A DNA stretch of 56,250 nt, taken from the NCBI GenBank assembly GCA_041640075.1, contig JBEQAY010000004.1:1-56250 (forward strand), in the 5' to 3' direction. The DNA comes from Candidatus Nanohaloarchaea archaeon (lineage in GTDB: Archaea; Nanohalarchaeota; Nanosalinia; Nanosalinales; Nanosalinaceae). The position numbers and the translations under genes are program-made. Below the pieces are notes generated by a model that saw nothing but the letters and a program-made list of their open reading frames with translations, was not told where the DNA came from and ran no database searches. The number at the start of each line of letters is the position of its first letter. Position 1 is the first letter of the stretch. Below are positions 15,527 to 24,683 of this stretch, piece by piece.

Positions 15527-18385
15527 TTAATCCATCACTATCGCAGGTTTTCCGGGTTCTGCTCTGGAAGCTTTTTCATGACCGCTTTCGCTTTCAAGCT
15601 CTATGTTTACCCAGGTATCGAACTTTTCCTCGAGGTACTTCTCGTTCTCATCCATGATTTCATTCTCTTCCTCAAGGCCGAAGACTCTTTCAGGTAGGTC
15701 CCCAGGTGAGTTGAGATAGTCCTTAAGGTATCCTTCTATCTCCTCAGGTGAACAGTCTGTCTCCTCTATAAGCTGTTCCATGGCTTCTCCAAATTCCGGT
15801 CTCTCATCCATGATCTCCTTCAGCTTTGAGAACAGTTCCCGCTTGTCTTCATCTGCCAGGATTATCGTTATCTCCTCGTAATCATCTACAAGATCCTCAA
15901 GTTCTCTGATATCTGACATTACGTCTTCAACCAGCTCTTCTGCAGCTTCAACTTCTTCGTCAACAAGTTCTTCGTCTGCTTCAGGCCATTCAGCAGCTGA
16001 GACGAACCCTTCGCCGTTAATTTCATCCCATAGCTCCTCGCAGATATGAGGTGTGAAAGGCGCCATCAGCTTGACCTGTGTCTCAATCAGCTCGTTGATG
16101 ACCTCGGTATTCAGCTCCTGGGAACGTTCCTTGTACCTGTTGATCAGGGAGTTCAGCTCGAAGAAACCATTTAATCCTGCCTTGCGGGTCTGGAACTCTT
16201 CAAGACCTTCCGTAGCCTCACTTATAATATTCTGCAATCTGGAAAGAGCGTACCTGTCTATATTGTTCTTTTCTCTTTCCACACCTGAGTCATAGAGCTC
16301 TTTACTACGGTTGTAGAAGCTTCTTATCTTGTTGAAGTACTCCTGTACATCTTCTTCCTTCCAGTCGAAGTCCTGCCATGGCTCACGTGATGCAAAGATG
16401 AAAAATCTAGTCGTGTCAGCTCCATACTCTTGGATGGCGTTGTCTGGAAGTTTAACATGTCCTTTGCTTGATGACATCTTCTCTCCCTCCAGAGTTCCGA
16501 GTCCCCAGGTTGCGATTCCCTGAGGCCAGTTCTCCTGCTCAAAAAGCGCGGTGTGATGGAAAAGCATGAACGTAAGATGGTTCTGGATAAGAGGGTATGC
16601 AGAGGTTCTCCAGTCAAGAGGATACCAGTAGTCAAACTGTTCTCTGGCCTCTTCAACTACTTCAAGGTCGATACCAGTGCTTTCAGCTACTTCCTCTGCT
16701 TCACCTTTCTCGTTGAACACGTAGTCGAAGAACTCAGGTTCAAGCTTATCTCCAGGGACGTCCTCGATGACATGGCGGATAGTGTAGAACGCCATGTAGA
16801 TAGTTGAATCCGAAAGCGGCTCCACCACAAAATCCTTGTCAAATGGAAGCTTTGTTCCGAGTCCAAAGTTTCTGATAGCTGGCCAGGACTCAAGCCAGTC
16901 GATAGTGTGCTCATAGTCCTCTCGCTTCTCTTCTGGTATAATATTCATGTCGTCCAGGTGGCTATGCACTTTGTCCTTCCAGCCTTTGTCACCGTATTCA
17001 AGGAACCATGACTCCTGCATGGAAACGATAACCTTACCTCCACATCTGCAGACGACTTCCTCGGAGAAATCGTACATTGAGTCAAAAGCACCTTTCTCCT
17101 TGAAATCCCTGATAAGCAGATCCTTCACAGAGTTCACGTTTTCAGAAGCATACTCCCCACAGGAAGCGTTCAACTTCCCGTTGTGGAACTCTTTCTCATA
17201 GACTTCGTCAGTAGCTTCTTCAAGCGCTTCTTTATCGTCCTGTGAATCTATACCATATTTTTCACAGGCTTCTTTCGCTGGTATATCTGTATAGGCGTCA
17301 GTATTGATTATCTGCTTCGGCTCGATATCCCTGACCTCGTTAGGTGAAATACCGAACTGCTTCAATGTTTTCTCAGCTTCCTTCAGATCCTGCAGCGAGA
17401 TCCAGTCGTAAGGAGCGTGAGCAGGAACAGACATCACTAATCCCGTACCTGAATCAGTATCAACAAATTCTGCAGGTAGCATAATCACCTCTTCATCTGT
17501 TACAGGGTTTCTGAAGTAGTCTCCGATCACTTCGCCACCTTTAACATCTCTAAGCTCTCTTACATCCCTGTCCTGATGTCTGATCTTCTGAACTGCTTCT
17601 TCACTCAGTAACCATTTCTCGTCGTCTACCTCTACAATCTTGTAGCTGCCTTCAGGGTCTGCATGGGTATGAGTTACTCCGAAGACTGTTTCCGGCCGCA
17701 GAGTAGCCATAGGGAGATAGATCTCATCTCCTTTGTACTCGCCCTCAAACTTAACTAGATTATACTCCTGCTTCTCTGCGTCCTCTCCTTCGAGAAGATC
17801 GTGAGTCGTGACAGGGTTCTCGTCGTTTAAACAGTATTTTGTAGGATGCATACCCTGCTTGACTAGGTCGTTCTCTCTGAGCCTCTTGTACTGCCATTCA
17901 ATAAACTTGTTGTAGTGATCATCGTTTGTAGTGAACTCTCTGCGCCAGTCCACACTGTAACCCAGGTTTTTCATGTTCGGCTTGTATGAATTTTCGATAA
18001 AGTACTCTGCATAATCCATGGGTTCTTCCATGGCTTCAAGATCTTCTTCAGGCACATTGTAGGTTTCTGTCAGCGTGTTCCACTGTTCCTCCTCCCCTTC
18101 CTTTAGTCTTTCAAGGGCTCCGATGACAGGCGTTCCTGTGACGTGCCAACCCATAGGAAAGAGTACGTTGTAGCCTTGCATTCTCTTGAAACGGGCGAAT
18201 ACATCTGGCAGCGTGTATGTTCCGACGTGTCCAATGTGCATTCCACCGCTCGGATACGGATATGCAACTGTGATATAGAACTTGTCGTCTGCGTTCGGAT
18301 CTACCTCGAAAAGTCTTTCTTCATCCCATTTTTGCTGCCATTTTGACTCAATCTGGTTCATCCTGTCCTCGAATTCTTCGCCCAT
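15527..18385 (-). CDS. leuS: Leucyl-tRNA synthetase (archaeal type)
   Basis: YPYPSGGMHIGH, ATLRPET, GTGLVMSVPAHAPYD editing domain, KMSSSKG, C-terminal AEPGKPAI. Confidence 0.97.
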   Translation of the reverse strand: MGEEFEDRMNQIESKWQQKWDEERLFEVDPNADDKFYITVAYPYPSGGMHIGHVGTYTLPDVFARFKRMQGYNVLFPMGWHVTGTPVIGALERLKEGEEEQWNTLTETYNVPEEDLEAMEEPMDYAEYFIENSYKPNMKNLGYSVDWRREFTTNDDHYNKFIEWQYKRLRENDLVKQGMHPTKYCLNDENPVTTHDLLEGEDAEKQEYNLVKFEGEYKGDEIYLPMATLRPETVFGVTHTHADPEGSYKIVEVDDEKWLLSEEAVQKIRHQDRDVRELRDVKGGEVIGDYFRNPVTDEEVIMLPAEFVDTDSGTGLVMSVPAHAPYDWISLQDLKEAEKTLKQFGISPNEVRDIEPKQIINTDAYTDIPAKEACEKYGIDSQDDKEALEEATDEVYEKEFHNGKLNASCGEYASENVNSVKDLLIRDFKEKGAFDSMYDFSEEVVCRCGGKVIVSMQESWFLEYGDKGWKDKVHSHLDDMNIIPEEKREDYEHTIDWLESWPAIRNFGLGTKLPFDKDFVVEPLSDSTIYMAFYTIRHVIEDVPGDKLEPEFFDYVFNEKGEAEEVAESTGIDLEVVEEAREQFDYWYPLDWRTSAYPLIQNHLTFMLFHHTALFEQENWPQGIATWGLGTLEGEKMSSSKGHVKLPDNAIQEYGADTTRFFIFASREPWQDFDWKEEDVQEYFNKIRSFYNRSKELYDSGVEREKNNIDRYALSRLQNIISEATEGLEEFQTRKAGLNGFFELNSLINRYKERSQELNTEVINELIETQVKLMAPFTPHICEELWDEINGEGFVSAAEWPEADEELVDEEVEAAEELVEDVMSDIRELEDLVDDYEEITIILADEDKRELFSKLKEIMDERPEFGEAMEQLIEETDCSPEEIEGYLKDYLNSPGDLPERVFGLEEENEIMDENEKYLEEKFDTWVNIELESESGHEKASRAEPGKPAIVMD

Positions 18386-18494
18386 GTAGAGGGTCTGGTA
18401 ATGAATTTATTTCAATCTGTTCGACTTCAGCTCCTTTTTTACGGTGATCGAGGTTTTCACTACTAATTTAAATGATCAAACCTGAGTCTTTGCT

Positions 18495-19262
18495 ATGACC
18501 CGATTGATATGTGTAAGCAGTGGCAAGGGAGGGGTCGGTAAAACAACAGCGACCGCAAACATCGGAGCTGCACTGACCAACTTCGGTGCAGACACGATTG
18601 TTCTGGATGCCAACCTGACAAATCCAAACCTAGGATTCCATATAGGAATACCGCTATACCCTACCACGCTCCACGACGTATTGAAGGGAGATGCACATAT
18701 CACAGAAGCAATGTACATACATGACTCCGGTCTACGTGTAGTGCCGGCAGGACTATCTGTCGACGACCTGAGAGATACTTCTCCAGACAACCTTTCCGAC
18801 GTACTTCTTGACGCAGTCGGTGAACCGGATTTCGTGCTTGTCGACTCTGCAGCAGGGCTTGGCCAGGAATCAGTTTCCGCTATAGAGGCCAGCGACGAAG
18901 TACTGGTTGTGACGAATCCGAACCTTCCAGCAGTAACAGATGCTCTGAAGACTGTAGATATCGCTGAAGAGACGGGTACAGAGGTCACAGGCGTCGTACT
19001 GAACATGGTCAAAGGCCATGAATCAGAACTTGACAAGGAAGAAGTAGAATCTATGATTGGCCATGAAGTTATAATGGAAATTCCTCACCACGAGAAGGTT
19101 GAGGAAGCGCTTTCCGTTAAGAAGCCGATCGTCCACCACGAACCGGACCATCATGTTTCTGAAAGGTTCAAGGGCGTTGCAGCGGATGTTGCCGGCATCA
19201 AGTATGAACCGGATCTACGGGAGCCAGGCTTTCTCGACAAACTTCTGGACCGTTTCACATAA
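18495..19262 (+). CDS. minD: MinD/ParA-family ATPase, paralog 1
   Basis: SGKGGVGKTT, DSAAGLG; amphipathic C-terminus GFLDKLLDRFT. Confidence 0.9.
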   Translation: MTRLICVSSGKGGVGKTTATANIGAALTNFGADTIVLDANLTNPNLGFHIGIPLYPTTLHDVLKGDAHITEAMYIHDSGLRVVPAGLSVDDLRDTSPDNLSDVLLDAVGEPDFVLVDSAAGLGQESVSAIEASDEVLVVTNPNLPAVTDALKTVDIAEETGTEVTGVVLNMVKGHESELDKEEVESMIGHEVIMEIPHHEKVEEALSVKKPIVHHEPDHHVSERFKGVAADVAGIKYEPDLREPGFLDKLLDRFT

Positions 19263-19330
19263 TTTTTCTTGTTCTATTCACTTGAAAACATAGTCAGGTT
19301 TTTAATGCGGGGAAACCAAGAAAGTATTGT

Positions 19331-20092
19331 ATGACCCGAGTTATCTCTGTCGTCTCCGGAAAAGGAGGAGTCGGAAAGACCACGATGACCTCGAATATCG
19401 GGGTTGCACTGTCCAAACACGGAGAAGACGTCGTGATAATTGACGGAAACTTTTCCGGAGCAAATATCGCACAGCACTTCGGAATGGGTTTCCAGGACGT
19501 GTCGCTTAACGACGTCCTAGAAGGTGATGCATACATCACTCAGGCTGTTGCAAAGCATCCTGAAGGAGTCTCAGTTCTACCAGCATCTATACTGGACTTC
19601 GAATCACAGGCAGAGAACCTTAAACACTCTTTAATTGATTTCCTCGGGGATAAAGATTTTGTGCTTATCGACGCAGCTGCAGGTGTAGGTGACGAAGTTG
19701 AAGCAGCTGTAGAGGCATCTGACGAAGTTCTCCTTGTCTCGAAGCCAGAGCTACCATCCCTAACTAACACACTCGGGGCAAAGAAACTTGCAGACCAGAA
19801 GGAAAGAGATGTAATAGGACTAGTACTTAACGAGGTTCGTGAGGAAGACCACGAAGTCGAACATGAAGACGTAGAAGAACTTGTCGGAGAAGACGTGATC
19901 GGTAAAGTACCTGACCATAAACATGTAAGGGAAGCAATTGCGCTCAGAAACCCGGTTGTTTCCTACAAGCCTAACTCGAGAGCTTCCCATGCTATTGAAG
20001 ATGTAGCTCATAGAGTTAGAGGCGAAGAACCGCCTGAAAGAGGTATAAGCACCAAGCTCAGGTATAAGGTAGACGAACTGGAACTGCTTTAA
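19331..20092 (+). CDS. minD: MinD/ParA-family ATPase, paralog 2
   Basis: SGKGGVGKTT and DAAAGVG motifs. Confidence 0.87.
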   Translation: MTRVISVVSGKGGVGKTTMTSNIGVALSKHGEDVVIIDGNFSGANIAQHFGMGFQDVSLNDVLEGDAYITQAVAKHPEGVSVLPASILDFESQAENLKHSLIDFLGDKDFVLIDAAAGVGDEVEAAVEASDEVLLVSKPELPSLTNTLGAKKLADQKERDVIGLVLNEVREEDHEVEHEDVEELVGEDVIGKVPDHKHVREAIALRNPVVSYKPNSRASHAIEDVAHRVRGEEPPERGISTKLRYKVDELELL

Positions 20093-20100
20093 CACTCTAA

Positions 20101-20820
20101 TTACTGTTTTTGGAACTCGGAAGTAGGTTCTGGATGATCGGCATCCATGTTTTCGATACTTCTGTCTTTGTTGTAGTTAATTTTCTCTGAGATGTATGTA
20201 GCCAGGTTGTTTCTAGGTAGGTTTGACCCCATAAGTGACAGAGAGGAGATAGTGTCATCGATCTCATCCAGTATCTTCTGTTCATCCGGGTTTTCTGACA
20301 TAACTTCCGAGTAAAGTGTTGAGGATTTAGAAGCAGGATCTAATTTACCGTATACGTTCTCAAGAATTGCTGTATGACTATCCGAGCTTCTTTCATGTTG
20401 GCGAGATATTTTTTCAGCGATTACGCTGTATTCGGGTGTATAGCCGGTGTTCTGAAAACCTGTTTCGATACTGGTAGTTATTTTTACTGCAAAAAGCGCT
20501 ATATCAGCTAGTTCGTAACCTAACTCATCTTTAAGCTGAGTGTGATCGCTTACAGAGTTTTGATCATATTCTTTGTTCTCTACAGTATAATCAAAGAAAT
20601 CTTCAAACTCTATTTCTTCGCCTTTTTCTGCTCTGTCTACTGCTTCTGCTACTTCAAGGCCCTCTCTGATCTCTGTCCATGTACGACCAGCAGCATATCT
20701 TAGCTCTTCCTTGGAGGTTGTTTCGCCTTCCTTGATGTTATCGGGGCTGTGAAGCCCGTTTTCCTGTTCCCAGCTGCTCCAGTCCTGCAGGTGTTCTTCA
20801 ATCCATTTTTTACCGTTCAT
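20101..20820 (-). CDS. MazG-like all-alpha NTP pyrophosphohydrolase (divergent)
   Basis: EIREGLEVAEA, ELGYELADIALF, and C-terminal EKINYNKDR patterns. Confidence 0.55.
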   Translation of the reverse strand: MNGKKWIEEHLQDWSSWEQENGLHSPDNIKEGETTSKEELRYAAGRTWTEIREGLEVAEAVDRAEKGEEIEFEDFFDYTVENKEYDQNSVSDHTQLKDELGYELADIALFAVKITTSIETGFQNTGYTPEYSVIAEKISRQHERSSDSHTAILENVYGKLDPASKSSTLYSEVMSENPDEQKILDEIDDTISSLSLMGSNLPRNNLATYISEKINYNKDRSIENMDADHPEPTSEFQKQ

Positions 20821-20905
20821 AAAGTGTTTTTGCTACCTATAAGTTAAAAACTATTTTCTCGGGTTTTCCCGGCAATATTAAATCTCTCAGAGTTAACTCT
20901 AACTT

Positions 20906-21424
20906 ATGACCGATCTGAAGCCCTACGAGCAGTATCTATGGAGTCCCAAAAGAAAAGAGTATGAAGGGAGTGAGATACCTGAGGACATAGACTGTATCTT
21001 CTGTGCACAGGCAGAAGACGATCAAAGAGTTACCAAGGCCGCAGTTTTCGAGGACGACTTCCTCATGGTGGAACTGAACATTTTCCCGTACAACACCGGT
21101 CATCTAATGGTGGTGCCCAAGAAGCATGTAAACTCGTTGACTGAACTCGAAGACGAAGAGAGAAACCGCCTCTTTGCTATGGTTCAGAAGGTTGAGGAGC
21201 TTCAGAGAGAAGTTGTCGAACCGGCAGGAATCGATGTCGGGATAAACCTCGGTAAGGCTGCAGGCGAATCAATACCACACCTGCACGTGCAGCTGGTTCC
21301 GATATACGAGAAGGACAGAGGATTCATGGAGACCAGCCTCGACACCAAGGTCATGAAGGAAAGTCTGGAAGACACCAGAGAAAACTACAAGGAGAGGAAA
21401 GATATTCTGGAAGACTACTGGTGA
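20906..21424 (+). CDS. HIT-family protein (HxHxQ type, Ap4A phosphorylase-like)
   Basis: CIFC, NIFPYNTGHLMVVP and PHLHVQLVP motifs. Confidence 0.88.
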   Translation: MTDLKPYEQYLWSPKRKEYEGSEIPEDIDCIFCAQAEDDQRVTKAAVFEDDFLMVELNIFPYNTGHLMVVPKKHVNSLTELEDEERNRLFAMVQKVEELQREVVEPAGIDVGINLGKAAGESIPHLHVQLVPIYEKDRGFMETSLDTKVMKESLEDTRENYKERKDILEDYW

Positions 21425-21434
21425 AAAATTGATA

Positions 21435-22766
21435 ATGACTGATTTCTTCCATGCCTATGACCTCAGAGGTACTTATCCCGATCAGATAGACGAAGAAACA
21501 GCTGAAAGGGTTGGAAAAGCCTATGGCACCTTTACAGATGCAGATGAGGTTCTTGTGGGCAGGGACGGCAGGAAGCACGGTGAAAAAATAACTGAAGCAT
21601 TCATCCAGGGAATTTTATCTACGGGAACAGATGTCTGTTCCGCAGGCATGGTTCCAACTCCTGTGGTATACTTTGGGCAGGTTGAAAACAGTTTCAAATC
21701 TGCTGCAGTTGTAACAGCATCACACAACCCGCCAGAGTACACCGGTTTCAAGTTTAACCTAGAGGGCGCGCTTGCGATGTCCCGCAGCGGAGGCATGGAA
21801 GAGATAGAAAATATATACGACTCACAGGAGTTTGAAACAGGGGAAGGAGAACTTAGGGAAACAGATCTAGTTCAGGACTACATTGAAGCAGTGAAGAATG
21901 AGATAGGGGAGATAGGTATAAGTGTCGCTATAAACTGTGGTAACGGTGTCACAGGTGTTATGGCCCGTGAAATGTTTGAAGAGCTGGGTTGCAGCGTAAA
22001 TATGATTAATGAAGATGTAGACGGTGATTTCCCGAACCATCTTGCTGACCCTGGAAGTGAAGAGGCACGAAAAGCACTTGAAGAAGGCATGAATGATGAA
22101 GACCTTGGTATAATCTTTGACGGGGATGGAGACAGAGCTGGTTTCATTTTACCAGGTCATGGTTACGTCGATGAAGACGAGGTTATAGCACTTTTCGCAG
22201 AGGAATCTCTAGAAAGAACTAAAGGAACTGTGGTCTACGATCTGCGTGCTTCAAAGCTCGTTGCTGAAAAAATCCGGGAACACGGCGGAGAGCCTGAGGA
22301 GTCGCGTGTTGGTCATACATTTATCTCGGAAAGGATCCATGAAGGTGAGGACGTGGTCTTTGCTGGAGAGTTGTCGGGCCACTTCTACTTCCCGGCCTTC
22401 GACTTTCCATGGGATGATGGTTTATTTGCAGCAGCTCTAATGGTAAGGATAAGCAGTGAAAGAGATCTTGTTCAGGAGCTAGAGGATTTCCCGGATTATC
22501 CTGTTTCACCAGAACTGCGTATAGACTGTCCTCAAGACGTCAAGAAGGAAGTTACTGAGAGATTTGCAGAGGAGTACTCTGATTACGATACATCTACAAA
22601 GGATGGCGTGAAGGTGAAGTTTGAGAACGGCTGGGCTTTGGTCAGACCATCCTCCACTGAGCCGAAGATGAGTGTTAGGTGCGAGGCGGATACGGAGGAA
22701 GAACTTGAGGAAATCTTGGAAGAAGTAGAGGGCAGGGTCAGAGAGTTGATCTCTGAGCTAAGTTAA
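21435..22766 (+). CDS. Phosphomannomutase/phosphoglucomutase
   Basis: TASHNP, FDGDGDR, GELSGH and RPSSTEP motifs. Confidence 0.95.
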   Translation: MTDFFHAYDLRGTYPDQIDEETAERVGKAYGTFTDADEVLVGRDGRKHGEKITEAFIQGILSTGTDVCSAGMVPTPVVYFGQVENSFKSAAVVTASHNPPEYTGFKFNLEGALAMSRSGGMEEIENIYDSQEFETGEGELRETDLVQDYIEAVKNEIGEIGISVAINCGNGVTGVMAREMFEELGCSVNMINEDVDGDFPNHLADPGSEEARKALEEGMNDEDLGIIFDGDGDRAGFILPGHGYVDEDEVIALFAEESLERTKGTVVYDLRASKLVAEKIREHGGEPEESRVGHTFISERIHEGEDVVFAGELSGHFYFPAFDFPWDDGLFAAALMVRISSERDLVQELEDFPDYPVSPELRIDCPQDVKKEVTERFAEEYSDYDTSTKDGVKVKFENGWALVRPSSTEPKMSVRCEADTEEELEEILEEVEGRVRELISELS

Positions 22767-24035
22767 CTACTTGAGTTCTGCCGTGAAGGCTCCAGAAGAG
22801 ATGATATCTCCCATACCCACCAATCTTTCAGGGTCTTCATGGATGAGAGTAGGAGATGCAGCTACTTTGAACTCTCCGTCACTGTAAACTCCTTCTTCAG
22901 CAAAATTTTTATCTCCAAGTTCATCGCCCAGTTTTTCAAGAGGATCAAGCCTGTGGACGTGTGTTTCGTCAAGTTCAAATCCTTGCATGTCGTCTATATC
23001 TGGTATACTTCCTTGACTGGCCATCTGGATGGCGCAGGCTTCTCCAAAGAGCAGTGATTTTTTCATACGCTCCTTGCTGACCCTGTAATCTGCTGTAGCA
23101 ATGCAAAGGTGATATCTGTACGTGTGTATATGTACGCGGGAAAGATCTTTCTCTTCGATAAGTTTTTTGCCAAGTTCAAGAGCTTTTGCTATATCTAATT
23201 CATCCGAACCGGTATCAATATCTGTGAGTGCTGCCAGCTGCAGACCTTCTGTTTCATCCATTCCCACGCTCTCGAACTCAGGTAGTATCTTCTCGAAGAT
23301 CAAACTTGACTTATCCTCTCTCATGGCGACGTATTCCAGGTGTTTCTCTGTTTCAAGAGCACTTAGTTGCTTCTTTGATTTCTGAAGCTTGGTTTCGAAG
23401 TTACCATCTGCGTTATGGTAGCCTGAGAGAATAATTCTATCCAGGTCCTTCTCAAGGGTTTCAAAATTATCTGCTATACCGGTTCTGAAGTATGGGCCGA
23501 AACCTTTCATCTTGTCTGAAATAATGAATCTACCAGTATTTTCTCCTTTAAATTCTATTATAGTGTTTTTCTTTGTCCTGTCAGTGTTCACGCATTCCTG
23601 AACCCGCTTCAGGAGAAGTTTACCGTCAATAACAGGGCTTACAACTTCTTCGTTGATAAGATCGGCTAGATCATCTGACAGGAGTGGTGTATGGAAGGCA
23701 ACGTAGTTGTTGAAGCCGGAGAGGAAGTTTGCTATTATCCCGGCCTGACCACCGATTCTTTCATCTGGTTCGGCATCTAAGTTTTGGTAAAACTCCTCTC
23801 CGTCAACTTCCTCGTTTTCACCTCTTTCAAGGCAGAACTTGAGAGAGGACTTCAGGTCGGTGATACTCTCAACAGGGTTAACCAGCTCAGGTTCTACGTC
23901 CGCTAGATCCAGGTTGAGATCTTCCAAATTGTAAAGCAGGTCTATGTTGGCGTTGAAACCTGTCAAAACATTGACTCTATCGCCGTCCAGAAGTCGGGTA
24001 ACTTTCTGGTACTCAATACGCCATTTATCTTTCAT
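22767..24035 (-). CDS. ADP-dependent glucokinase/phosphofructokinase
   Basis: GFNANID, RIGGQAGIIAN and VGMGDIISS motifs. Confidence 0.9.
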   Translation of the reverse strand: MKDKWRIEYQKVTRLLDGDRVNVLTGFNANIDLLYNLEDLNLDLADVEPELVNPVESITDLKSSLKFCLERGENEEVDGEEFYQNLDAEPDERIGGQAGIIANFLSGFNNYVAFHTPLLSDDLADLINEEVVSPVIDGKLLLKRVQECVNTDRTKKNTIIEFKGENTGRFIISDKMKGFGPYFRTGIADNFETLEKDLDRIILSGYHNADGNFETKLQKSKKQLSALETEKHLEYVAMREDKSSLIFEKILPEFESVGMDETEGLQLAALTDIDTGSDELDIAKALELGKKLIEEKDLSRVHIHTYRYHLCIATADYRVSKERMKKSLLFGEACAIQMASQGSIPDIDDMQGFELDETHVHRLDPLEKLGDELGDKNFAEEGVYSDGEFKVAASPTLIHEDPERLVGMGDIISSGAFTAELK

Positions 24036-24676
24036 AATCCCTTGCAGAGATCTTCAAGCGTTTCCTGAGGGTTTTCAGATTTAACAACTCCTGAAGCTAC
24101 GAGTATTCCCGCGCAGCCAAGTTCTTTCGCTTTCTCCACGTCTTCTCTACTCTTAATTCCTGCTCCAGCAAGGGTTTCCACTCCGTCAGCAGTTTTCTCT
24201 ACTGCATCCCTGATCATCTCAGGTCTTGCTGTGGATACTGCTGTTTCTCCTCCTATAAGCTCTGGTGGTTCTATAGAGATGTAATCGGGTTTGAACTGGG
24301 AGTATCTTTCAACTTCTTCAGGAGTTTTAGCACACAAGATGGTTTTCAAACCAAGTTCCTTGGCTTTCTCCACGGTTTTCTCAATGATCTCAGGTTCCAG
24401 ACGCCTTTCGGAATGGTCTATCATCGTACCAGTAGCTCCTGCTCTCTTTACGCCTTCAGCCATTACATGACCTGTATGACTCCCGGTATCCTTCCTGCTT
24501 ACGTGCTGTGCAACTGTTTCTACACCTGTTTCAGAGACGCGTTGAATATCCTGCGGCTGTGGACATACCACTACTTCTTTACCGGTGTTTTCTGAAGCTT
24601 TACGGCATTTTTCGGCAAGTTCCTCTGCTTTTTCTCCCATTGCCTCACTGTAACCTTTGAAATTAACAATGATCAT
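24032..24676 (-). CDS. tpiA: Triosephosphate isomerase (archaeal type)
   Basis: VNFK, HSERR, IEPPELIG and LVASGVVK motifs. Confidence 0.96.
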   Translation of the reverse strand: MIIVNFKGYSEAMGEKAEELAEKCRKASENTGKEVVVCPQPQDIQRVSETGVETVAQHVSRKDTGSHTGHVMAEGVKRAGATGTMIDHSERRLEPEIIEKTVEKAKELGLKTILCAKTPEEVERYSQFKPDYISIEPPELIGGETAVSTARPEMIRDAVEKTADGVETLAGAGIKSREDVEKAKELGCAGILVASGVVKSENPQETLEDLCKGL

Positions 24677-24683
24677 ATATTAT

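Noticed and set aside
24410..24425. TPI motif DHSE instead of the usual archaeal NHSE
   Set aside because: Catalytic Lys, His and Glu are intact; this is a minor substitution.
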